From Octopus sinensis (taxonomy: Eukaryota), in contig NC_043007.1 of assembly GCF_006345805.1 (NCBI RefSeq), positions 60,078,001-60,142,000 of the forward strand: a stretch of DNA of 64,000 nucleotides. Reading direction: 5' to 3'. Positions 53,708 through 64,000 of this stretch are shown here, piece by piece (the first letter of the stretch is position 1; the number at the start of each line of letters is the position of its first letter). The position numbers and the translations under genes were made by a program. A model generated the notes under the pieces. It ran no database searches. It had not been told where the DNA came from and saw only the letters and a program-made list of their open reading frames with translations.

Positions 53708-54103
53708 TATTAATAGTATCGCCAAGCTAATATGGCAGTCCATAAATATAGGACAAAAGCTACCGTTGATTAGCTCCAAGAGGTCATCGCCTCTAGCTAG
53801 CTATATGACACACGAATCCGAGTTCATTATAACCTTTGAACAGGGGAGGTCAGCCGCTTCCACTTGCTGGTTAGGCATCTACAGACATGGTTCAGGTTAT
53901 TTGCCCTTTATCAATGCAGAGTAGCCGAACCCAACATGTGTCGCAAGGGGAAGCAGCTGACCTCCCCTGTTCGAAGGTTATAATGGACACAGGTTCGTGT
54001 GTCATATAGCTAGCTAGAAGCGATGGCCTCTTAGAGCTAATCAACGGCAGCTTTCGTCCTATATTTATGGACTGCCATATTAGCTTAGCGATAACTATTA
54101 ATA
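53708..54103. mobile_element. ~400-bp fold-back MITE with ~155-bp imperfect TIRs
   Basis: 53708-53861 is an imperfect reverse complement of 53949-54103; a partial copy lies at about 28200-28330. Confidence 0.85.
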
Positions 54104-54524
54104 TCCAGTACCGCTGCCGTAGTTTCCTTTATATAATAATATTTCTAAGATTAGTATGATTCTTATGATATCGTAGATTTCAGGATTAGTTGACGGATGC
54201 TTTCTTGTATGGTACTGCCATACAACACATTCTCAACAGCCTGGCAGAAAGACAGACAGACTGATAGACAGATAGACAGACAGGCAGGCAAACGGCTAAA
54301 TAGATAGGCAGGCAGACAACCAAGCAGACAGCTAGACGGTCAGACAGACAGCCAGGCAGACTGTTAGGTATAAGTGCATATCCATGCATGCTTGCATGTC
54401 TGTATATGCTTATGTGCGTATGTATGTGCATGTTGTGCGTGCGTATGTGCGTGTGTGCAACGAACAATTAAAAAACACAACACAGAGGGAACAAAGGTCG
54501 ATAGATATAACAAATATAATATTC

Positions 54525-54736
54525 TTTTCTACTCTAGGCACAAGGCCTGAAATTTTGTGGGAAGGGGTTAGTCGATTAGATCGACCCCAGCACACAACTA
54601 GTACTTAATTTATCGACCTCGAAAGGATGAAAGGCAAAGTCGACCTCGGCAGAATTTGAACTCAGAACATAAAGACAGACAGATACCGCTACGCATTTCG
54701 CCCGGCATGCTAACGTTTCTGCCAGCTCGCTGCCTT
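54525..54736 (-). mobile_element. SINE family B
   Basis: Reverse complement of the family B consensus seen elsewhere. Confidence 0.85.
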
Positions 54737-54942
54737 ATAACAAATAAGATATTAACTTTTGGAAAAAGAGAATGTCTTAACGTTTAAGAGAGATGAAACA
54801 CAGAGGGTGCGAGGAAGCTAAGTTGTCAGACATATATGTGAGTGCGTATGTATGTGTGTGTATGTGTGTGTGTATATATAATGTATATATATATAAACAT
54901 GTATGACTACTTCGCTTCCTTTCACCCTCTATGTTTCTTCTT

Positions 54943-54944
<2 letters not shown>

Positions 54945-55026
<82 letters not shown>
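54945..55026. repeat. (GT)n microsatellite
   Basis: Directly visible. Confidence 0.95.
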
Positions 55027-55028
<2 letters not shown>

Positions 55029-55044
55029 ATACATACATAAATAA

Positions 55045-55700
55045 CCGATAAGACACGATGTTGTAGCTGGGACACTCTATAATGAAATCCGTCGGAAGGA
55101 CAATTTCGAGCACAAAGAAATAAGAACCCACAATATGGCAGAAGCCATAGCCACTCATAATAAAAAGAAATATTGGTTGAATGTACCAGTGAAAACCTCA
55201 ATAAAATGTAAGCACAACAGACCTGATATAATGATTTGGGATAGAGAAGAGAAACTGAGCGCAGTTGTGGAAATTAGCTGCCCAGCGGATGTTAAGCTAA
55301 TGCTGAAGATCAGTGAAAAAGAGAACACCCATACTGAACTATTGAGAAATTTGCAGTTACTCGATCCAGTTTGCAAGTTCAGGTTTATACCTGTAATTAT
55401 TGGTTCCCTAGGATATGTAACACACTGCCTAAATACCAATCTTGAGAAATTAGGCTTCTCAAAACCAGAAAGAAGAAAGCTACTTTGAAGACTACAAATC
55501 CAATCCATCAGTGGAACTGTAAAGACCTGTAAAACTTTTCAGAAGTTTATCATTTAAATATATATGAGTATGTCTAGATATGCAACAATATGCATAAGTA
55601 CCCTGTTGTTGCTGCTGAAATTTCAATGAAGGAGCTTTGGATCTAGGTTAAAAACCGGCTCTTTATTGGCATGAAATCTTGAAATAAATTGAATAATGAC
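55045..55700 (+). pseudogene. R4/Dong-clade non-LTR element 3' end (restriction-like endonuclease domain)
   Basis: RHDVVA then KHNRPDIMIWD...VVEISCP...KE...PVIIGSLG, typical of the REL domain. Confidence 0.8.
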
Positions 55701-55720
55701 AGACATACATATTCACATAC

Positions 55721-55835
55721 GAGCGATGAGAAGAGAAAGTTCCAGTAATCGACTCTGGTATCTTGAGAAAAGAAACGCCGAAAGTCTCGAAGCGGTAATG
55801 AATTTGGTTAGTCTTGCAATATTCGGAATCAATAT
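55721..55835 (-). CDS. Host-gene internal exon (IDSEYCKTNQIHYRFETFGVSFLKIPESITGTFSSHR)
   Basis: Acceptor CTCTCTTAATTATAG|, donor TC|GTATGT, 115 nt, phase 1 to 2; joins in frame to 48945 giving ...PESITGTFSSHRS-YVIRWNPP. Confidence 0.6.
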
Positions 55836-56055
55836 CTATAATTAAGAGAGTTTGGAATAGTACAATTCTAGATAAACTATAAATATACTATTTGCACTGC
55901 TAGTGGTTTAATGCTGCATGCAATAAAGTATATCGAATAAATTTATGTAGACAGTCATTTTAAATACGCACGCACGCATATTCAGTATGTACACAAATGT
56001 AAGTGTATCTTTCTAAGTTTACTTTGAGTATGCAATATATATAGAGAGTTTAGAG

Positions 56056-56394
56056 CAATGGTTCTCAACCAATTTTATATATGGATCCCTTTGATTACTA
56101 TTTTATTATGATGGACCTCCATAGCCATTCGATGATTAGAAACTAATTTTATTGAGACTTCTTTCAAAATTATTATTTTGTTCATCACACATTCACTTGT
56201 GATTGTTGAACTATATAAAATGTTAGAGAAAGAAACCTAGCAGTTTCTTACAATAAATATATCTACTCCAAAATATTTTTCATTGACTCTTAAAATAATA
56301 CCGTGAGCCCAATTTACTACTGTGCTTCTGTGGACCCCCCAAAAATATTATATGAACCCCCAGGGACCATATGGATCCCAATTGAAAACAACTG
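56056..56394. mobile_element. hAT/Charlie-like MITE
   Basis: TIR CAATGGTTCTCAAC / TTGAAAACAACTG; degenerate 8-bp TSD GTTTAGAG / GTCTATAG. Confidence 0.7.
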
Positions 56395-57034
56395 GTCTAT
56401 AGTTTCCGTATGTGGAGACACTAAATTTTTCCATCAGAAAACGACATAACGCGACAAAACATTTTTAAAATTTCATTAGCCAATAATTGTTTTAATAAAT
56501 GGTTTGTGCATATTTTCACATGTATTTTATTTGATTTTTCCATTTCGATATTAGTTTTTGTGTACGTTTTCTTTTATTTTAAAATTTTTACATATGTTCA
56601 CTAAGACCAACCTAAAGTTAAATAAATCGTCTGAAGTTCAGGTTTATTTTCCATTAATTTCTTTAGAAACAAAACTACGCAAAGGCGAAAAAAGCGTAAC
56701 TCGAAACTTTCTAAGTTGATTTATGCTTGCATTTTTTTCTGGAAAAGAAAACCAATTAGTCACTTTATAGTTTTCTAAAGCTCAAAATTTACCAATATAT
56801 AAATGGACTCGACTGTTGAATTCATACATACAATGATAATGGAAGATTGTTCCAGATTCTATTAAAGTGGTTTGGTTTGGTTGTGACGGAGTTAATTCAT
56901 AATCGACAATAAACAACATTGTTTGCTGAGAGCTTAATTCAGACAATCACTCTAAACTGAGTATAGTCTTTCATTCTATTTAACCGGAAACATTACATAT
57001 ACATGTTTATAGCAGTTGAGCATAAACGAAAAAG

Positions 57035-57147
<113 letters not shown>

Positions 57148-58438
57148 CGAGGGGCGTTCAATAAGTAATGCCCCTGACCCACTTCCCATAGCAGTAGAGC
57201 AAAGAAACTTTGCACAGTTATTAGTCTTTCTCTACATAGGAACTACCCAGAGTTACGCATTTCTCCCATCGTTTGATACAGCTCTGGAGACCGTTTTTTT
57301 AGAAGACCCAGCTTGGTCCTCCAACCACGACGTGACTTCAGAAATCAAGGCTGCATCATCTGGGAAACGCTTTCCTTTCAAAAACAACTTCATGGCTGGA
57401 AAGAGGTGAAAATCAGAGGGTGCAAGGTCAGGAGAGTAGGGGGGATGGGGGAGGAGTTCATAGCCGCACGCCTGTGCTTCTGATCTGGCGACAAGCGAGT
57501 TGTGGATCGGACCGTTGTCCTGCAGGAGGAGGATGCCTTTGCTGATCTTTCCCCGCCTCTTGATTTTGATAGTTTCTCTTAATTTCCTCAAAAGTGAAGC
57601 ATAATAGGCTCCTGTAATTGTGGTACCCTTTGCCAGGAAATCTGTTATCACTACTCCGTCCTGGTCCCAGAAGACTGTGAGCATGACCTTGCCAGCGGAG
57701 GGCTGCACCCTTGCCTTCTTTGGAGGAGGTGAGTTACGGTGCTTCCACTGCATTGACTGGGCTTTGGTCTATGGATCATAATGATGGATCCAGGTTTCAT
57801 CCTGTGTAATCAGTCTTTTGAAAAATTTCGACTCATCTTCTTGGTACATCTCCAAATTTATCCTCGAGCACTCGACGCGTTCTTGCTTCTGGAAAGGTGT
57901 GAGCAACCTGGGAATCCATCTGGCAGGCACCTTTTGCATATGCAAATGGTCATGAATGATAGTTTCCACAGACCCGGTACTAATCTTGACCTCGTGGGCT
58001 ATTTGGCGAATAGTTATGCGTCGATCTTCCAAAATGGCAGCCTCAACTTGACGGACAGATGCTTCATCAATTGCAGAAGGGGGCGACCAGATCTGGGAGC
58101 TGTTTCCACCGAGTTCCGACCATGTTTGAATTCACGATGCCAGCGTTTTACAAGGTCATATGATGGGGCATCATTACCATAAGTTACTTTCATTTCATCA
58201 AAAGTCTCCCGTGGTGTGCGTCCTTTCAAATACAAAAACCAGATCACAGCTCGACACTCAACAGGCTCCATTTCACACTTGACTCAGTTCAAACACCTGT
58301 AAATCAGAAACCCCAATTAGTTCAGAGCTGTAATTTTCCTCCTACTCTATAGAGATATCAATAACTGCACACGCAAAATTTCAGCTAGATCAAACAATGG
58401 CAAGTGGGTCAGGGGCATTACTTATTGAATGCCCCTCG
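57148..58438 (-). mobile_element. Full-length mariner transposon (DD34D), young
   Basis: 1291 bp; TIRs CGAGGGGCGTTCAATAAGTAATGCCCCTGACCCACTT at both ends; TA TSD inside a (TA)n tract. Confidence 0.95.
57240..58271 (-). pseudogene. Mariner transposase (irritans/Himar-like), few lesions
   Basis: WIPRLLT, TQDETW, LLQDNGPIH, YSPDLAPSD with 34-residue D-D spacing. One TAG near 57769, a frameshift near 58080 and a 3' frameshift. Confidence 0.9.
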
Positions 58439-58743
58439 TATATATATATATATATGGTCACTGCAGCATTCTAATATTTCATAATTAGTGAAGACAGATT
58501 GAGTAAAAGAAATAAGAACGACGTTTTGTGAGATTTACTAACACAACGCTGTGTCATGTCTTTGGCCGTTATTAGTATTTAAAGATAGACTAATTAAGAA
58601 GCTATCACTTAGAGAACACCTGCATAACTTTCTGAAGAATTTGACAGCTCCCCTTTTAGTTAGCTTTGCCCGCCATTTTATATACCGTTGGCAACATGTC
58701 CCAGAATATTCTATAAACCATTGGTGGGAAGATTTGAGCTCAC

Positions 58744-58804
58744 CAATTGATCTGATTGGCTGATACACTACATCGTTGACTTTTACAGTAGCTCCGATCT
58801 GGAG
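58744..58804 (-). CDS. Candidate upstream exon of the FN3 gene (LQIGATVKVNDVVYQPIRSI)
   Basis: Acceptor CATACCTATTTCCCAG|, donor TTG|GTGAGC, phase 0 to 1, compatible with the 55835 exon. Unverified. Confidence 0.3.
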
Positions 58805-59137
58805 CTGGGAAATAGGTATGCGATGGTTCAAAACACATTGTCATCTCGCAACAGAGATAATAAACAAACATTTCTATTCAAACTGCATTTTATGTTCTAA
58901 ATACTGACCAGTCTACCTGGAAATAGCTCTCTTCTAAAGTAGTGAGGCCTAGACAATAACTAAAACACTAGCAGAAGAGGTAAATGTTGAGCATTCATTT
59001 TCTATGTCATTTTCGGAAAATATGTCATAATATAATGTAATATTATAAACACAAACACACACACAGCGAGATATATATATATACATGGCCACAGCTCGTG
59101 AGCTGAAACTAGATAAAATAAAATAAAATAAATAAAT

Positions 59138-59196
59138 ACATACATACATACATACATACATACATACATACATACATACATACATACATACATACA

Positions 59197-59225
<29 letters not shown>
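59138..59225. repeat. (TACA)n microsatellite
   Basis: Directly visible. Confidence 0.95.
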
Positions 59226-59227
<2 letters not shown>

Positions 59228-59459
59228 TGTTGTAAAGCGGTATTTTGCCACAGTTGTAACTGTCTTTTGACGACAGTTGTCACTCTGACAGACATTGTTA
59301 TATTACAAAGTCGTCGATAGATAGTTTCTATCTGACACTGTACGACTGGTCGTACAGTGCTATTATCCTCGAAAGGCTGGATCGTTATAACGTCCACTCA
59401 GTATCATTGTATAATTACTGATATCAGCACAGACACGACTACCATCACTTTCTGACTTT

Positions 59460-59930
59460 CTGACCTTCTCTGTCGATCGGTTCCCCCTCTCACTCTCCCC
59501 CACACCACACTACACTACACCATACGACATTACACATCACATCATACATACATACACACGTCCAAACCACCAGCCCTCTTCCACATGCACATACATACTC
59601 TCTTATGCACACACGCACCTTCAGGTTGGAGCGAGGTCGCTTGACCCTGTTATCTCCCCAACTATTCCTCTAGTGTCTAACGCCTGACCTCTAACGTTTG
59701 ACCTCCGATCTCTGACTTCTGAAATCAGAACGCCATGTTGGACCGTTAGCCCCTACACGCAATTTTTTTCTCTCCTTGTTTCTTTTCTGTGTATCTTTCG
59801 GTCGAAGAGCGTAGGCTCGAAACGTAAAAGACTTGTTTTATTTCTATTCCTGAGCGCCTTACTAATACATTATTTGTTTGTACTCCACCTGCCTTCGTCT
59901 TTTGTTTATTTTCGTATTCCTTCCCGTTAC
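59460..59930 (+). mobile_element. PLE-type 3' tail with hammerhead-like core remnant
   Basis: Similar to 40560-41390; CGGTCGAAGAGCGTAGGCTCGAAAC at about 59805-59825. Confidence 0.65.
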
Positions 59931-60057
59931 TGGTCTATTTATAATGGCTGGCTACTATCACTTTTTACCGGGAACGGTGTACAGTTTCACTATACATCTC
60001 ACCTTTTAATTATTTTATTTAACAATCAATTTCTTATATTCACCCAACCTCCTCCTT

Positions 60058-60101
<44 letters not shown>

Positions 60102-60379
60102 AACAAACTTTGGTTATCGCATTTACAGTCTTAAGTTTACATTAATGTTTATTACGGAATTCTCCCTATAATAAATTAAGCAAACAAGGAAAATTTTTAT
60201 TAGGTGTCTATTCATATCTATTACGGAATTATCCCACCGATAAACAATAAATGTAGAAGATTATTATTAATTAATTTAAATAAATAGAGGAGTTGAATTG
60301 AAGTTGTAATTGTTTATATATTTTTGTTGCAGTTCTAAACAGGGGAAGACTTAGATACTTAATTATACACACACACACA

Positions 60380-60632
<253 letters not shown>

Positions 60633-60703
60633 ATATAATATTTTACTATAAAATTGGATTCAATCCTAAATCTGATTTTCCCTGTAAATTTGGATTTATT
60701 CCC

Positions 60704-60786
<83 letters not shown>

Positions 60787-61004
60787 CCACCTATCTTATT
60801 GTTGTATGTTGTGGTGACGAGGGACCCTCTTGGACAGGAACTGGTTTCGATTGGCATGTGTTTGAGATGTAATGAAATGAATTTCGTTGGTTGTGGATTG
60901 CATTTACTTGGTTGTATTGTCCGTTAGTGTGTTTTTGTTGCTTCTTAACTGTAATTGATGTGTGATTGAATAGTTAACGCTTGCGCTCATAATACATAGA
61001 CAAG

Positions 61005-63900
61005 TCCCTATACCTCTTTTTTGGTTCTGTGGAGGTCGTTCACCTTTAGCTAACTCTCCATAAAAGAGTTGTTTTGGCATCCTTGAATCCTTCATCCTAA
61101 CCAGATGAACACTCCATCTGAGCCTTTGCTTTAACACAAGAGCTTCTATACTTTCATACCGAGAGCCTTCGAGTATTTCAAGATCACTGATGCCGGCCTT
61201 CCACTTAATGCCATAGGTCCGTCTGAGACACATCTGATGGAAACGTTCCTGTTGTTTAAGGTGGTATCGATATGTGACCCACGTCTCGCAGGCATAAAGA
61301 AGATAAGAGAGCACATATGCCTTGTATACCTTTATCTTTGTTTTCCTGCATATGTCACCTTTCTAGCCTTCCCAAAGTATCACTTCCTTCCCTAATTCTG
61401 TATGGAATTTCATTATCCTAATTGCTATAACTATTAATAGTGCTTCCCAAGTAGACAAACTGATCAACTACAAGTCGTTTACCATACACATAGATATTTG
61501 GTTCACTACACTGCTTACCAAGGGCAGGTTGGTACATGACAACAGTTTTCTTGAGACTGACTGTCAATCCTAAGGCAGTGCAAGCATCAGAGAATGCATT
61601 CAAAATGTGTTGCATATCAATCTCTGTGTGCGCTACTAGATCACAATCATCTGCATACAAAAGATTTCTTATGATAGAGGCAAATACCTTTGTTTTTGCA
61701 GCAAAGCGCCTGATATTAAATATGCTGCCAGAGGTTTGATAATGGATGTAAACACCATATCTGCAGTTTCTGAATGCAATACAGAAAACCATCGCAAAAT
61801 ATATGGCAAATAGGGTCGGTGCCAGAATATTCCCCCTTTTCACTCCATTTTGCATTGAGATAGGCTCCAACATTTTCCTTCTAACATTAACCCTACCTTT
61901 TATGTCTTCATGAAAAGACCTAACCACAGCAAGGAACTTTTTAGGACACCCAAGTTTCTGGAGGACTTTCTACAGTGCATTTCTATTAACGGTATCAAAG
62001 GCTTTTGTCAGAGCGACGAAAACCTGATATAAATCCAGACTCTGTTCCACACACTTCTTCTGAAGCTGTCTAGCAAAGAAGATCACATCAGCAATGCTGC
62101 GTCCCACATGAAAGCCAGATTGACTTTCTGGAAGAACACAATATGCAACGTGTTTCAGCAAACGATCCAGAAGTACCCTGCATAAAGCCTTTCCAACGAC
62201 AGAAAGCAATGATACTCCCCTATAGTTACCGCAATCATTTCTGTTGCCCTTTCCCTTATATAAGACCCCCATTACGGTATCTCTCCAGTCCTCAGGTACA
62301 GATACACTAGCCCATATCCTACCAAACAAAGAGTGAAGTTACTTCAGAAGTTTCTCACCACCATGCTGTAACAACTCCGCATGCATGACATCCATAACCG
62401 GTGACTTCCCATTATTCATCCTTGAGACAGCCTCTGCAACTTCTTCCAACTTTGGTGGTTCCACGAGAGCCGCCTTCACAGGTAATCCAGGGATGAGATT
62501 GAGAACATCCTCACTAACTACAGCCTGCTGATTCAAAAGTCCATCAAAGTCTTCTCGCCACCTTTGCAGAATTCTCTGTGAATCACGAAGAAGTTCTTTA
62601 CCATCCCTGCTTCGAAGGGAATCATCAGAGAAGTCGATCCGTAAACTTCTCGCAAGAGACCATACAACAGCTTTGTGTTATTGGAATCCGACGCCGCTTG
62701 TATTTCATAGAGCCTCCGCCTCACACGTGATTTTACATCCTTGAGTTCCCTCTCCTGTGGCTTTGAGACAAATAGCGTGACAAAGTACGTCTTTTATCAA
62801 CCAATAAATCATCTATAAGTTCATCATTTTCTTTAAACCAATATCTATGTTTTCTTTGTATCAGTCCCAGAACTTTCTTGCCTATATCATAAACTGACTT
62901 TTTACGGGTCGGCCAATCCTCCCCAATATCTGCAACATTCATTTCCTCTCGTAAAGTTTTCTTCACACCAAAGACGATCAACATTCAGTCTTTTAGGCAG
63001 AGTAATCCCTGCAGCTCGGATTTTATGTTTTGTGACTAATTTCACTTTTGCACGTACTAGGCGGTGGTCAGCCCAACACTGAGCCCCACAAAGAACACGA
63101 ACACACTGCACATCTCATCTGTCACGCACCCTAACAAGGATGTAATTCAGAATATGCCATTCTTTATATGCAGGGTGTGTCCATGTGGTCTTAAACTTAT
63201 TCTTTTGTTGAAACATGGTATTGGTAACACACAGACGCAGCTCCTCACACATCTACAGCAGAAGCATGCCATTACTATTACACTTTCCAATTACAGTCCA
63301 TGTGTTGAAATCTCTACCCACTCTAGCATTAAAGTCACTCAGTACGATGACTTTGTCTGTCCGAGGAATATTTCTTATAATGCCCTTCAAAGCATGATAG
63401 AAAGAAACTTTTTCGTCATCAGTATAGCACATAGTTGGAGCAAACACGCTCACCAAGGTCACATAATTTCCTTTAGCCAATGGAATTCTCATGGACATAA
63501 GACGCTCGTTAATCCCAACTGGGAATTATTCCAGCTTGTCCATAAGAGTAGTCTTGACAGTAAATGCCACTCCAGCCTCTCCTCTAAACTCTTCATTCTT
63601 CCCTTTCCAAAAGAATGTATATTTTTCACAAGATTCTGTAAGATGACCATCTCCAGCTAATCTCGTCTCAGATAAAGCAACGATGTCAAGATCATAGTGT
63701 CGAAGCTCCTTCGCAACAAGCGCAGTCCTTCGTTCATGACATTCAGAGGACTCGCGGCCAAGCAGCGTCCGTACATTCCAACAGCCAATATTCAATATTT
63801 TATTTGGTTCTATCACAGTAGCATGATGACGGCCGGGTTCAGACTGTTATGCTCTGGAGCCCCTGCCGGGCCAGACTCTTTCATCTGATGTAGTTCCAGA
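61005..63900 (-). mobile_element. RTE-clade LINE, near full length, many stops and frameshifts
   Basis: APE: IGCWNVRTL, DIVALSETRL, LVSVFAPT, SDFNARVG, WADHRLV. RT: YKGKGNRNDCGNYRGVSLL, ALTKAFDTVNR, GVKRGNILAPTLF, LLYADD, YLGS. C-terminal LRWSVHLVRMKDSRMPKQLFYGEL. Confidence 0.92.
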
Positions 63901-64000
63901 GTCCTTACTGCCATTTATTTTTATACTGTTTTGGTACATCATTGATTATTTGCTTTTTAAGGCTACAGCCAGCCATTCAGTTGAGACTCACAGCACTATC

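Noticed and set aside
58538-58831. 97-aa ORF as a transposase fragment
   Set aside because: No DDE motif is visible; only the 61-nt exon candidate within it was retained.

Overview
AT-rich, microsatellite-saturated animal genomic DNA, almost certainly an octopus. That assignment is inferred from the tRNA-derived SINE families and the repeat landscape, not from a database search. There is no prokaryotic or CRISPR content. Most of the window is transposon debris: Tc1/mariner elements (one near-intact irritans-like mariner and one Tc1 with an apparent spliceosomal intron), a Penelope-like element (PLE) with an open RT+GIY-YIG frame and an inverted 5' segment, RTE, CR1/L2 and R4/Dong LINE remnants, three copies of a zinc-knuckle ORF1-like family, a Helitron helicase fragment, MITEs and many SINEs. 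The ORF track misses two minus-strand exons (55835-55721, 48945-48733) that splice in phase into a fibronectin type III-like domain, so much of the window is probably intronic to a host gene. The most notable non-coding signals are hammerhead ribozyme motifs (an apparently intact one at 33989-34051, minus strand) and a series of fold-back inverted duplications that repeatedly pivot on or abut (AT)n tracts. Almost all short ORFs in the supplied track are microsatellite artefacts. Coordinates were read by eye and may be off by a few bases.
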